DNA of 64,000 nucleotides from an uncultured Flavobacteriales bacterium (lineage in GTDB: Bacteria > Bacteroidota > Bacteroidia > Flavobacteriales > BACL11). Both the position numbers and the translations under genes were made by a program. The notes beneath the pieces are model-generated. The model had not been told where the DNA came from. It ran no database searches and worked only from the letters and a program-made list of their open reading frames with translations. Each line of letters opens with the position of its first letter. The first letter of the stretch is position 1. The stretch spans positions 6,339 through 70,338 of the forward strand of contig CAJXYM010000006.1 in the NCBI GenBank assembly GCA_913063045.1. Direction: 5' to 3'. Below, piece by piece: positions 8,561-19,197 of the stretch.

Positions 8561-8953
8561 TTAATTAGGTTTTGTAGCTAGTACTATTTTGTATTTATTT
8601 CTGTAAGCAATATCCATTACTTTTACTACATGCTCGATTGCAACAGTTTTATCGGCATGTAAAATAATAGCAGGCTCTATTTCTGCGCCAATTAATTTTC
8701 TTAATTCATTTTCTAGATTTGATTCTAAAACAATATCTTCATTTATATAGAAATCAATTTCTTTATTAATTGATATGGAAATGGTTTGTTTCTCTAAAGT
8801 TTTAGATTTACTATTTGGAAGAAGTAATTTAAGAGCATTAGGACTAACCAGGGTAGAGGTTAGCATGAAAAATATAAGCAATAAGAAAACAATATCTGTC
8901 ATTGAAGACATATTAAAGTTTGGACTAACTTTATTTCTGCTTTTTAATGCCAT
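8561..8953 (-). CDS. exbD: Biopolymer transport protein ExbD
   Basis: MSSMTDIVFLLLIFFM. Confidence 0.95.
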   Translation of the reverse strand: MALKSRNKVSPNFNMSSMTDIVFLLLIFFMLTSTLVSPNALKLLLPNSKSKTLEKQTISISINKEIDFYINEDIVLESNLENELRKLIGAEIEPAIILHADKTVAIEHVVKVMDIAYRNKYKIVLATKPN

Positions 8954-9651
8954 TATTCATTAAGGTGTAAAACATCTAAAAACTCCGTTGTTCTTGCTTC
9001 TAAAAGAAAGATCACTTTATCTACTTTAGTTACTAGATAATTGTAAGCAATATAAGCTATGATCCCAACTACTAAACCACCAACAGTTGTTACCATGGCG
9101 GTATATATTCCTTTTGATAACATTTCAACATCAATATTACCTCCTGCACTAGCCATTTCATGAAAAGCTACAATCATTCCAATAACAGTACCAAGAAAAC
9201 CAATCATTGGTGCAGCACCAGCAATAGTAGCTAGATTTGCTAAATTATTTTCCATTTTATATACTTCAAGTTTTCCTTGGTTTTCGATTGCCGCAGAGAT
9301 ATCTGTCATTGGTTTATCAATTCTATCAATACCTTTCTCAATCATTCTAGAAACAGCATTATCTGTATTTTGACATAATGTTTTAGCTGCTTGCATATCT
9401 TTTTGCTCAACAAAGTTTTTTATGCTTTTAAGAAAACTTTCATCCTCTTCACTTGCTTTGTTTATAGTAGAATATCTTTCAAAAAGAATATAAATTGCAT
9501 AAATGGATAATAACCCCAGTGCACTCATGATAATATTCCCCCCTAAACCTCCAGAACTAATTAGCTCTACAACAGAAAGTGTTTTTTCTTCAACTATAAT
9601 ATTTGTTAGCGAATCTCCAGTAATTGGTATTTGAATTAAAAGTATCTTCAT
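8953..9651 (-). CDS. exbB: MotA/TolQ/ExbB proton channel protein
   Basis: APMIGFLGTVIGM, GIYTAMVTT. Confidence 0.93.
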   Translation of the reverse strand: MKILLIQIPITGDSLTNIIVEEKTLSVVELISSGGLGGNIIMSALGLLSIYAIYILFERYSTINKASEEDESFLKSIKNFVEQKDMQAAKTLCQNTDNAVSRMIEKGIDRIDKPMTDISAAIENQGKLEVYKMENNLANLATIAGAAPMIGFLGTVIGMIVAFHEMASAGGNIDVEMLSKGIYTAMVTTVGGLVVGIIAYIAYNYLVTKVDKVIFLLEARTTEFLDVLHLNE

Positions 9652-9686
9652 TATTTAAGTTTTTAATAGAACGTTTAATTTGAAAA

Positions 9687-10976
9687 TTATTGTAATAAAA
9701 TATAAGTTACTGCTCCTGCAGCATATCCAATTAGAGCTAAAAAAGATATGTTTTTAACATACCAGATAAAGTCAATTTTTAAAATACCCATTACAGCTAC
9801 TCCAGCTGCAGATCCAATTATTAATACCGATCCTCCTGTTCCAGCACAATATGCAAGGAATTCCCAGAATTTACCATCTACAGCAAAGTTTCCTGTTTCT
9901 GTTACTTCATACATCCCCATCGCTCCTGCTACTAATGGGACATTATCTACTATTGAAGAAAGTAGTCCAATTATAATGTTTATCAAGTAAATATCTCCAT
10001 TAAAAGAGTTGTCAAGAAAAGTAGCAACTATACCTAAGTGCCCAGCACTTTGAAGACTTGCTACTGCTAATAGTATTCCTAAGAAAAAGAAAATTGTTGG
10101 AACATCTATTTTTTTTAGCACACCTATAACGGATAATTGTGATTTTTGTTCATGGTTTTTACTCCTATGAATAATTTCTGTAACTAACCACAAAACTCCT
10201 AAAGAAAGTAGCATCCCTACATATGGAGGAAGATGTGTGATGGTTTTAAATATTGGAACAAATAGCAAGCCAATAACGCCTAAAGTAAAAATCAAATTTC
10301 TTTCAAATGAAGTTGTCGGATTTAATTCATGTTCTGCATTTTGAGTTTTTACTGGTCTCGTAATACTTCCCTTCATTCTAAAAGATAAGTATATCAGTGG
10401 AACTAATGCACATACAACGCTAGGTAAGAAGATTGATGTTATAATATTTGCTGCTGTTACCTGGCCTCCAATCCATAGCATTATTGTTGTTATATCACCA
10501 ATTGGTGACCATGCTCCACCTGCATTTGCTGAAAGTATAACCATTCCAGCAAACATCCATAAATCTTCTTTGTCTTTAATAAGTTTAGTTAACAAGGCAG
10601 ACATAACTATTGCTGTTGTTAAATTATCTAGAGCTGCAGAGAAGAAAAATGTAATTACGCATAAAATCCACATTAACTTTACTTTATTACTGGTTGTAAT
10701 TTTATTTGTAATAATTGAAAATCCCTCATGAGCATCAATCAGTTCAACTATAGTCATTGCTCCAAGTAGAAAGAATAATATCTCAGCAATATCTACAATA
10801 TGATGCTGTATTTCATGAGTTAAATCGTGCTGATTAACTCCAGAAAAAGCAAATAGTGCCCAGCCAAGTCCACCAATGAGTAGTGCAGATGCAGCCTTGT
10901 CAATTTTAATAGAGTGTTCTAAGGCAATTGCTGCATATCCAATAACAAAGACAACAATCATTAATGTGAAAATCAT
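9687..10976 (-). CDS. nhaD: Na+/H+ antiporter NhaD
   Basis: LDNLTT, ANAGGAWSPIGDITT, SSIVDNVPLV, GTGGSVLIIGSAAGV. Confidence 0.95.
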   Translation of the reverse strand: MIFTLMIVVFVIGYAAIALEHSIKIDKAASALLIGGLGWALFAFSGVNQHDLTHEIQHHIVDIAEILFFLLGAMTIVELIDAHEGFSIITNKITTSNKVKLMWILCVITFFFSAALDNLTTAIVMSALLTKLIKDKEDLWMFAGMVILSANAGGAWSPIGDITTIMLWIGGQVTAANIITSIFLPSVVCALVPLIYLSFRMKGSITRPVKTQNAEHELNPTTSFERNLIFTLGVIGLLFVPIFKTITHLPPYVGMLLSLGVLWLVTEIIHRSKNHEQKSQLSVIGVLKKIDVPTIFFFLGILLAVASLQSAGHLGIVATFLDNSFNGDIYLINIIIGLLSSIVDNVPLVAGAMGMYEVTETGNFAVDGKFWEFLAYCAGTGGSVLIIGSAAGVAVMGILKIDFIWYVKNISFLALIGYAAGAVTYILLQ

Positions 10977-10989
10977 AGTTTTTTAAATT

Positions 10990-12090
10990 TTAATTATTTT
11001 GCTGCAAATATACTGATGTAGATGGGAAGGCGAAATCACTATTATGTTTTTTTACTATGTCCATTATTTTGAAATTGATATCTTGTTTTGCATTTATTAA
11101 ATCCTCCCATTTTGGGCTATCAACATAATAAATAACTAGAATGTCTAGAGAGCTTGCTCCAAATTCTTGAAACCTAACTCTTCCGTCAGCATTTGTTTTA
11201 GGATGAATGTTTACCATCTCCTGCAGATCTTCAACAATGTTTTTAATTTGTTCTGGGCTAGTTGAGTACGTTAGTCCAATATGAAATTTCACTCTTCGTA
11301 CTGGTCTAAGACCAAGATTGTCTAACTCAGCATCAACCATCTTTTTGTTTGGAACTGTTACAATACTGCGATCAAATGTAATTATTCTAGTACTTCTAAA
11401 ACCTACTTTTTCAACTTTGCCGGTAACTGTCCCTACCTGAACGATATCACCAACAGTAAAGGGTCTGTCAAAGAAAATTGTAAACGAGCCTAAAAGGTTT
11501 TCAAGACTTTCTTTAGATGCCATTGCTATTGCGAGTCCTCCAATCCCAAGACCTGTGGCAAGCGCAGTAATATTAATACCAAAAACATTTCCGAGAATTA
11601 TGAAAACAGCAAATATGACTATAATAATCTTACCCAATTCTGTTGCAAAAGGAATTAATTGGTCATCCATTTTATTTTCAGTTAACTCCGCTTTTTGTTT
11701 AAGTATTAAACCCACATAGTCCACAACCTTAAGAAGAATATTAAACATTGCGTATATATAAACTAAAGAAAAACATTTTGAGATAATATTTTGAACGCTT
11801 AAATCTTTACCTGAACCGATATCTAAAAAAGAAGGCAATTGAAGATGAGTAGAACCTATAAATATTATACTTAACATTATAAAGAGTCCAATTGGTTTAG
11901 TCAATAGTTGATCAAATTTATCAACACCTACATTAGAACCTTTTTGACCAATTACTTTGTAGAGCATATGACTGAGATATTTTGACAGTAATTTCTTAAA
12001 CAATAGACCAACTACTACTGTAGAGAAAAAGAAAATATAGTCCTCTAAAGTATTTCCAAAAAATATTGATTGTAAAATTTGTTCTTTCAT
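10990..12090 (-). CDS. MscS-family mechanosensitive channel
   Basis: GLGIGGLAIAMA, DRPFTVGD, VEKVGFRSTRI, FAFPS. Confidence 0.95.
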   Translation of the reverse strand: MKEQILQSIFFGNTLEDYIFFFSTVVVGLLFKKLLSKYLSHMLYKVIGQKGSNVGVDKFDQLLTKPIGLFIMLSIIFIGSTHLQLPSFLDIGSGKDLSVQNIISKCFSLVYIYAMFNILLKVVDYVGLILKQKAELTENKMDDQLIPFATELGKIIIVIFAVFIILGNVFGINITALATGLGIGGLAIAMASKESLENLLGSFTIFFDRPFTVGDIVQVGTVTGKVEKVGFRSTRIITFDRSIVTVPNKKMVDAELDNLGLRPVRRVKFHIGLTYSTSPEQIKNIVEDLQEMVNIHPKTNADGRVRFQEFGASSLDILVIYYVDSPKWEDLINAKQDINFKIMDIVKKHNSDFAFPSTSVYLQQNN

Positions 12091-12091
12091 T

Positions 12092-13318
12092 TTATAAAAG
12101 TTTTTTTAATGCAATTTCAAAAGATGTTTTTGCAATATTGTTTTTATTTGGGTTTTTATCATATGATTCTTTTAGTGCACAATAAATTGTTTTTGATACT
12201 GCACTAAATATTTTAACATCATCCATTTTTGCGTTTTCCTCCATAAAATATGAAAATGCTCGAGCCATTCCACAATTTGAAATAAAATCAGGAATAACGC
12301 TTACGTTATTATCTGCTTTTTCAGCAATTGGTCCGAAGAATATTTCTTTATCTGCAAATGGAACATTTGCTCCAGAAGAGATTACTTCTAAATTATTCTT
12401 TATCATAGTATCTATCTGCTTTTCTGTAACTAACCTTGACGCTGCAGCAGGTATGAAAATTTCAGCTCCAATACTCCATATTTTATTATTCACCTCATTA
12501 AAAGAAAGAATATTTTCATCTTCAAGAAAGTTAGATTTTCTTTGTTCCAGCAGTTTACATATTTCTTTAAATGAATAGCCTCTTTCATTTAATAAACCTC
12601 CGTTTTTATCAATAATTCCAACTATTAAAGCTCCAGCTTGAGATAAGTAATATGCTGCTGTAGCAGCAACATTTCCCCATCCTTGTATAATTACTCTTTT
12701 GTTTTTAAGATTTCCTCCAAAAATATCATAAAAATGAAGTACAGATTCACTAACACCATATCCAGTTATTAAATCTCCTACAGAATAATCTTTTGCTGAT
12801 TCAGGTGCTAAGTTTTTATTAGTTACTATTAAAGGTACCCCACTACTTAGTTGATTAATAATTATATTTTTATTAACACCCTCAAGCTGAAGATGCCCAT
12901 TAATAATTCCTTCAAGTGGAAATAAAATACCTTCATCTTTACAGAAAGGAATAACTTCGTGAACTTCATCAACATTCATATCTCCTCCTGTTCCGTAGTA
13001 TTCTTTAAGTAAAGGCTTAGCAGCTTTGTACCATCTTCTTAAAACATCTTTTTTTCTAGGATCTCTAGGGTCAAAATTAATTCCTGACTTACCTCCGCCA
13101 ATTGGAGGGCCTGCAACAGTGAACTTGACTTCCATAGTTTTTGCTAAAGCAAGCACTTCATCTTTAGTTACCCCTTTTCTCATTCTTGTTCCTCCAGCTG
13201 CAGCGCCACCTCTAAGAGAGTTTATTACAATCCATCCTTCCGCATCAGTTTCTTTATCTTTCCATTCAAAGATTATTTCAGCTGGTTTTTCTTCAAATTC
13301 TCTCATCAATTTATTCAT
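12092..13318 (-). CDS. Glu/Leu/Phe/Val dehydrogenase family protein
   Basis: GGTRM, GGGKSG, QGWGNVA, SGANVP. Start placed at ATG 13318 because a TATATTTG element lies at 13339-13346. Confidence 0.9.
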   Translation of the reverse strand: MNKLMREFEEKPAEIIFEWKDKETDAEGWIVINSLRGGAAAGGTRMRKGVTKDEVLALAKTMEVKFTVAGPPIGGGKSGINFDPRDPRKKDVLRRWYKAAKPLLKEYYGTGGDMNVDEVHEVIPFCKDEGILFPLEGIINGHLQLEGVNKNIIINQLSSGVPLIVTNKNLAPESAKDYSVGDLITGYGVSESVLHFYDIFGGNLKNKRVIIQGWGNVAATAAYYLSQAGALIVGIIDKNGGLLNERGYSFKEICKLLEQRKSNFLEDENILSFNEVNNKIWSIGAEIFIPAAASRLVTEKQIDTMIKNNLEVISSGANVPFADKEIFFGPIAEKADNNVSVIPDFISNCGMARAFSYFMEENAKMDDVKIFSAVSKTIYCALKESYDKNPNKNNIAKTSFEIALKKLL

Positions 13319-13349
13319 GGCTTGTCTATAGTTTTTTGCAAATATAATG

Positions 13350-14417
13350 TTAATTAATTGCTGGTAAATATTCATGAATTTCTCCAGCAGAACAATCCCT
13401 TATTGCGCCAGTGACTTGGCTCAAGCAATTTACTTCTGATCTGATTTTTAATACACCTAAGAAGCCAAATATTAGAGCTTCTTTAAAGTTAATTATTTGT
13501 GTGTCTCCAAGACTAATTTTTACTTTTGAATACTTACTAATTTTTTCTATTAAAAATGAATTTAAACTACCTCCCCCTGTAACTAACACAGATTCTTCTG
13601 TTAATAATTTTCCTATTTGAAAACCAATATGTTCATAGAAAGTTGCTAGTAAATCTTCAGTTTTAAGAATCGAGACTTCTTTTATAGATAAAATGTTTTC
13701 TTTTAACCATTCCCTAGATAAGGATTTAGGGTATTTTTTTTGATAATATTTTAATGAATTTAGTTTTTGTAATAACTCAAAATTTATTTTCCCTTTTTTG
13801 CCTAATTCTCCATCAAAGTCATATTCTAGATCTTTTTTTGAGGCTAAATAGTTAAGAATTATATTTACGGGGCATACATCAAAAGCAATTATTCCATTTT
13901 TTTCCTTAGAAGAAATATTAGCAAAACCTCCTAAATTAAGACAAAATTTATATTCTTCAAAAAGTTGAAGATCTCCTATTGGAACAAGTGGCGCGCCCTG
14001 ACCATTAAGACTAACATCTAGATTTCTAAAATTAGTAATTGTACATGTTTTAGTCTCTTGTGCTATTGTTTTACCATCTCCAATTTGTAGAGTAATTTTT
14101 TTTTCTGGCTGATGAAAAATTGTATGTCCATGTGATGCAATAAAGTCAACAGTAGTATTTTTATCTTTAAATTTATTTATTTCTTTACCGATAAATTTTC
14201 CAAAGTCTTTATTTGTTTCGCTAATTATTTGTTGATTTTTAAATGGTAGATTTTCCAGCGTACTTTTCCATTTTTTGGAATACTGAATTGTTGCACATTT
14301 TTGTATTTCAAATTGCCAATGTTTAGATTTATTAAAAGTACATTGTACAAGATCTAATCCATCTAAAGAAGTTCCTGACATAACTCCAATTACCGAATAG
14401 TTACTTATCTGATTCAT
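13350..14417 (-). CDS. anmK: Anhydro-N-acetylmuramic acid kinase
   Basis: IGVMSGTSLDGLD, HGHT, GQGAPLVP, LNLGGFAN. Likely start ATG 14417. Confidence 0.95.
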   Translation of the reverse strand: MNQISNYSVIGVMSGTSLDGLDLVQCTFNKSKHWQFEIQKCATIQYSKKWKSTLENLPFKNQQIISETNKDFGKFIGKEINKFKDKNTTVDFIASHGHTIFHQPEKKITLQIGDGKTIAQETKTCTITNFRNLDVSLNGQGAPLVPIGDLQLFEEYKFCLNLGGFANISSKEKNGIIAFDVCPVNIILNYLASKKDLEYDFDGELGKKGKINFELLQKLNSLKYYQKKYPKSLSREWLKENILSIKEVSILKTEDLLATFYEHIGFQIGKLLTEESVLVTGGGSLNSFLIEKISKYSKVKISLGDTQIINFKEALIFGFLGVLKIRSEVNCLSQVTGAIRDCSAGEIHEYLPAIN

Positions 14418-14483
14418 TAAATTCAAAGATAGTTGAAAATGTGTATTTTTGTTACTACGAAATAACAAAATATATCATAAGAA

Positions 14484-15623
14484 ATGGATTTTAAATTGAC
14501 GGAAGAGCATAAGATGATTAGAGATGCGGCAAGGGATTTTGCTAATTCAGAACTTTTAGCTGGAGTTATAGATAGAGATGAAGGACAAATTTTTCCTAAA
14601 GAGCAGATTAAGAAAATGGGTGATCTTGGTTTCTTAGGTATGATGGTTAGTCCAAAGTATGGTGGAGGTGGAATGGATACAGTTTCTTATGTTTTAGCTA
14701 TGGAGGAAATTTCAAAAATTGATGCATCTGCAGCTGTTGTAATGTCAGTAAATAACTCATTAGTATGTTGGGGATTAGAAACTTATGGTAGTGAGCAGCA
14801 AAAAGAAAAATATCTAAAAAGATTAGCTACTGGTGAAATACTTGGAGCCTTTTGTTTATCTGAGCCAGAAGCAGGAAGTGATGCTACTTCACAAAGAACT
14901 ACAGCTATTGATAAAGGAGATCATTACTTACTAAATGGAACAAAAAACTGGATAACTAATGGTAATTCTGCATCTGTTCATTTAGTTATTGCTCAAACTG
15001 ATGTTGAAAAAGGTCATAAAGGTATTAATGCTTTTATTGTTGAAAAAGATACTCCTGGTTTTATTGTTGGTCAAAAAGAAAATAAGTTAGGTATAAGAGG
15101 TTCTGACACTCATTCTATAATGTTTACAGATGTTAAAGTTCCTAAAGAAAATAGAATTGGTGAAGATGGTTTTGGTTTTAAATTCGCTATGAAAACACTA
15201 TCGGGAGGAAGGATTGGTATTGCTGCTCAAGCCTTAGGAATAGCTTCTGGAGCTTATGAATTAGCACTTGCTTATTCCAAAGAACGAAAAGCTTTTGGTA
15301 AAGAGATCTCCAAACATCAAGCTATTGCATTTAAATTAGCGGATATGGCTACTGAGATTGAAGCTGCTAGATTACTGTGCATTAAAGCAGCATGGTTAAA
15401 AGATAATGATAAAAATTATGACAAGTTAGGAGCAATGGCTAAAGTTTTTGCTTCCGAGACAGCAATGAAAACAACAACAGAGGCCGTACAGGTTCATGGA
15501 GGCTATGGTTTTGTGAAGGAATATCATGTTGAGAGATTAATGAGAGATGCAAAAATTACACAGATATATGAAGGAACTTCAGAGATTCAAAGGATTGTGA
15601 TTTCTCGATTCATATTAAAATAA
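14484..15623 (+). CDS. Acyl-CoA dehydrogenase (short/branched chain)
   Basis: FCLSEPEAGSD, NGTKNWITN, QVHGGYG, IYEGTSEIQ. Confidence 0.97.
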   Translation: MDFKLTEEHKMIRDAARDFANSELLAGVIDRDEGQIFPKEQIKKMGDLGFLGMMVSPKYGGGGMDTVSYVLAMEEISKIDASAAVVMSVNNSLVCWGLETYGSEQQKEKYLKRLATGEILGAFCLSEPEAGSDATSQRTTAIDKGDHYLLNGTKNWITNGNSASVHLVIAQTDVEKGHKGINAFIVEKDTPGFIVGQKENKLGIRGSDTHSIMFTDVKVPKENRIGEDGFGFKFAMKTLSGGRIGIAAQALGIASGAYELALAYSKERKAFGKEISKHQAIAFKLADMATEIEAARLLCIKAAWLKDNDKNYDKLGAMAKVFASETAMKTTTEAVQVHGGYGFVKEYHVERLMRDAKITQIYEGTSEIQRIVISRFILK

Positions 15624-15628
15624 ATTTT

Positions 15629-18154
15629 ATGAAAAAATATATTCTTTTACTATTTATATTTAGTTTTAGTTCAATTGTTAGTGCTCAAAATAAATTTGAT
15701 AGCAGTAAAATTAATAGTTCGTTTCTCAAGTTTTTACCTTCCAATCAAAACCCTGAAGATTTACGTCCTAGCGATATTCCAAGTAAACAAGTTCTTAAAC
15801 AAATAGGGTTGTCAGATAGTGAAATAAAACAGGCCTTAGATTTTAAGTATAGTAGGGGAGAGTTTCAAACATCTAAATCAGATACAATAGAAAATTTTTC
15901 AAAACTTAAAAAATTATATTCTTCATTTGATGACACTTTAGTACTAGACACCACGTCTTATCCAAAAGGAAGAATATTTGGTCAAGATATTTTTAGAAAT
16001 CAAAACATATCTTTTTTTCAGAAAGCTTTAGATGCGAAAGCTCCTGAAAATTATAAAGTAGGCTCTGGTGATGAGATAAGTATTTCTGTTTGGGGTTATA
16101 ATGATTTCTCTGAAACACTTGAAGTAGATGAGAGAGGATATATTTCACCTAGCTCCTATGGTAGAATATATGTTAAAGGAATTACTTTTAAGAATATGCG
16201 TTCCATACTAAAGAAAAAATTTAGTTCATTTTTTGATATGCAAAACTCTGAAATTGATGTTGCATTATCATACTCAAGAGTTATTACTGTAAATATTATA
16301 GGAGAAGTATATAATCCTGGTTCTTATACTATACCAGCAATAAATACTGCTTTTAATGCTTTAATAGCAGCAGGAGGTCCAAATCAGCTAGGATCAGTGA
16401 GAAATATTTACATTAAAAGAGACGGCGTCACTATTGATTCTCTAGATATTTATAAATTTCTTTTTGATCCTCTGAAAACAAATGACATATATCTGCAGGA
16501 TGGTGATTATTTATTTATTCCGCCAGCAAATAATGTTGTGGAAATGAGCGGGGCGATTAACAGGCCATATACTTATGAGGCAAAAAAGGGTGAGAGTGTT
16601 GGAGATTTAATTAAATATGCTGGAGGCTTTATATCAACTGCTTTCAAAGACATAATTACTTTAAAACGATTAGATTATAATAATATAAAAGTTTATGATA
16701 TAAAACAATCAGATTTATTTATTGAAAACATTCAAGATGGAGATCAAATAATTGTGAACCAAATTTCTAATAAATTATCTAACGTAGTAACTGTTAATGG
16801 TGATGTAGGTGTTTCGGGAGAGTACGAGTTTACGGAAAATGAAACTTTACTCGAGCTTTTAAAAAGGTCTAAATGTATTACCAATAAGACATTTTTAGAA
16901 AAAGTATATATAATTAGAGTAAATGATGATAGGACTAAGACACACCTATCTATTAATTTAAAAGCTATAATTGATAATCCTTCCCATAAAGATAATATTC
17001 AATTAAAAGAGTTTGATGTTATTAGAGTTTTATCTATTGATGACTTTGATGATGATTTTAATATTGTTGTTAAAGGCGCAGTAAGGAATGCAGGTAAGTT
17101 TGATTTTGGTAGTGGAATGAATCTGCAAGCTGCATTAATACTATCAGGAGGTCTTACTCAGCAAGCTCAAGGAAGTAGAGTAGAAGTGTCAAGAATTATG
17201 GAGTATGATATTGAGACAAATAAGCTTAAACCTCGCAGGACAGTAGTTAAAAACATTAAAATAGGTGATGATCTAGTTTTAAGTAGTGATGCTGAAGAAT
17301 TTATTTTACAGCCTTTTGATCAGGTTTTTGTAAGATCTAATCCTGATTTCGAGCCTGCTGTAAATGTTACTATCTTAGGTGAAGTTAAATATCCAGGTAC
17401 ATATTCTATACTGAGAAAAAATGAAAAGGTTTCATCATTAATTAATAGAGCTGGAGGTTTAACTAATTATGCGTATTTAGATGGAGTAAAAATGTTTAGA
17501 TCCTTCGATATTGAAATGAGTATAGATAATGAATTCCAAGAAATGAATCTTTCTAATGAATTAAAAGAATCAATATTAAATTCTCCTGATGTTGCTAATA
17601 TTTACGCGGAGGAACTTCAGAGAAAAAATGAAGAATTTTTTAATCAAGAAAATAATGAGAAGACTTTATTTAAAAGTATAGATATGGTTTATTTAAATCT
17701 TGATAAAGCTTTAAAAAATAGTCAATCGAGATTTAATTTAGTTTTAAATGAAGGTGATAGTATTATTATTCCAAAGACTATGGATGTTGTGCATATCACT
17801 GGAGAATTAATGAATTTAGAAGGGAACTCAATAAGTGCTCCATTTTTTCAAAGGAAAAGAGCACATTATTATGTTAAGAACTTTGCTGGAGGTTTTAATA
17901 GAGGAAATGACAGATCTAATACAGTAGTTATTTATCCTAATGGAATTGCAAAAAAATCTAGAGACTTTGTACTTTTTAAAGTTTCTCCTAAAGTTTCAAA
18001 AGGTTCTACAATAAGGGTCGCAAGTAAAAAAGCTAAGCAGAAAAAAAGAAAAGAAAGTAAAGTCGATTGGAATAAACAGATTGAAAATGCGATGCTTAAA
18101 ATTTCTGCAGTTTTAACTTTATGGGTTTTAGTTGATAGGGTAACTCCACAATAA
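15629..18154 (+). CDS. SLBB-repeat polysaccharide export protein (Wza/KpsD-like)
   Basis: Signal peptide, PENYKVGSGDEI, repeated GEV..PG.Y/AGG SLBB units, C-terminal helix. Confidence 0.9.
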   Translation: MKKYILLLFIFSFSSIVSAQNKFDSSKINSSFLKFLPSNQNPEDLRPSDIPSKQVLKQIGLSDSEIKQALDFKYSRGEFQTSKSDTIENFSKLKKLYSSFDDTLVLDTTSYPKGRIFGQDIFRNQNISFFQKALDAKAPENYKVGSGDEISISVWGYNDFSETLEVDERGYISPSSYGRIYVKGITFKNMRSILKKKFSSFFDMQNSEIDVALSYSRVITVNIIGEVYNPGSYTIPAINTAFNALIAAGGPNQLGSVRNIYIKRDGVTIDSLDIYKFLFDPLKTNDIYLQDGDYLFIPPANNVVEMSGAINRPYTYEAKKGESVGDLIKYAGGFISTAFKDIITLKRLDYNNIKVYDIKQSDLFIENIQDGDQIIVNQISNKLSNVVTVNGDVGVSGEYEFTENETLLELLKRSKCITNKTFLEKVYIIRVNDDRTKTHLSINLKAIIDNPSHKDNIQLKEFDVIRVLSIDDFDDDFNIVVKGAVRNAGKFDFGSGMNLQAALILSGGLTQQAQGSRVEVSRIMEYDIETNKLKPRRTVVKNIKIGDDLVLSSDAEEFILQPFDQVFVRSNPDFEPAVNVTILGEVKYPGTYSILRKNEKVSSLINRAGGLTNYAYLDGVKMFRSFDIEMSIDNEFQEMNLSNELKESILNSPDVANIYAEELQRKNEEFFNQENNEKTLFKSIDMVYLNLDKALKNSQSRFNLVLNEGDSIIIPKTMDVVHITGELMNLEGNSISAPFFQRKRAHYYVKNFAGGFNRGNDRSNTVVIYPNGIAKKSRDFVLFKVSPKVSKGSTIRVASKKAKQKKRKESKVDWNKQIENAMLKISAVLTLWVLVDRVTPQ

Positions 18155-18156
18155 TT

Positions 18157-19197
18157 ATGACTGATAAAGACGAAATAGAATTAAAAGATATTCTCTTTAT
18201 AACTAAAGATTATATTAATGAACTTTATAAAAAAAAGTTTCGAATTATTATATTTTCTTTTGTTGTTGTTGGGATATCTCTTTCACTCACATTATTTCAA
18301 AATCCTAATTATAAAGCAGAACTAACTTTTGTTGTTGAAGATGAAAAAGTTGCAAATCCATTATCTTCTATGTCTGGAATTGCAAGTCAATTTGGATTTG
18401 ATGTATTTGGTGGAGGTACCTCTACTTTTAGTCAGCAAAACATTATGCATCTATTAAAATCAAGAGGTGTGCTTTCTAAAACACTATTAGAAGAGATTAT
18501 ACTAGATGACAATAAAAATCAAATTATTGAACATTATATTTCTATTTATAATCTAAGAGAGAAATGGAATGATAATGTTATTTTATATAATCTAGATTTT
18601 GACAATCCTATGACCTTAACTCATGATAGTATTGTAAGTGTTATTTGGAGGGAAATCATTGAAGATAAATTAAATGTTGAAATTAAAAATGATGAAACCA
18701 ATATTATATCATTATCTTTTACTTCATCCAACGAGGTGTTTTCTAAATTATTTTCGGAAAGATTGATTCGTCAAATGAGTAGAATGTATATCTCTCACCA
18801 AACAAAGCAAGCAACAAATACTATTGAATTTTTACAAAATAGAGCTGATTCTGTATTTTTTGAATTAAAAAATTCTGAACGAGAATATGCAAGAACTAAA
18901 GATATAAACCAAAGAATTATTAAAGCTTCTGGAAGATTAAAAGAATTGCAGCTTATGCGGAATGTTGAAGTGTTAAATACTATGTATTTAGAAATCATTA
19001 AAAACCTAGAGATAGCCAAAATGACTCTGTTAAATCAAACTCCTATAATTCAAGTTATTGATCAGCCAATTTTACCTTTGAAGGACATTAATATATCTAG
19101 TTTATTGGTTTTTTTAATTGCTTCTTTTGGATCAATATTTTTGTCATTAATATATTTTATTTTAGCTAAGCTTTTTAGAGATAGTCTAAAGAATTAG
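18157..19197 (+). CDS. Polysaccharide chain-length determinant (Wzz-like)
   Basis: DEIELKD start, two terminal TM helices, coiled coil, TPIIQVIDQP. Confidence 0.85.
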   Translation: MTDKDEIELKDILFITKDYINELYKKKFRIIIFSFVVVGISLSLTLFQNPNYKAELTFVVEDEKVANPLSSMSGIASQFGFDVFGGGTSTFSQQNIMHLLKSRGVLSKTLLEEIILDDNKNQIIEHYISIYNLREKWNDNVILYNLDFDNPMTLTHDSIVSVIWREIIEDKLNVEIKNDETNIISLSFTSSNEVFSKLFSERLIRQMSRMYISHQTKQATNTIEFLQNRADSVFFELKNSEREYARTKDINQRIIKASGRLKELQLMRNVEVLNTMYLEIIKNLEIAKMTLLNQTPIIQVIDQPILPLKDINISSLLVFLIASFGSIFLSLIYFILAKLFRDSLKN

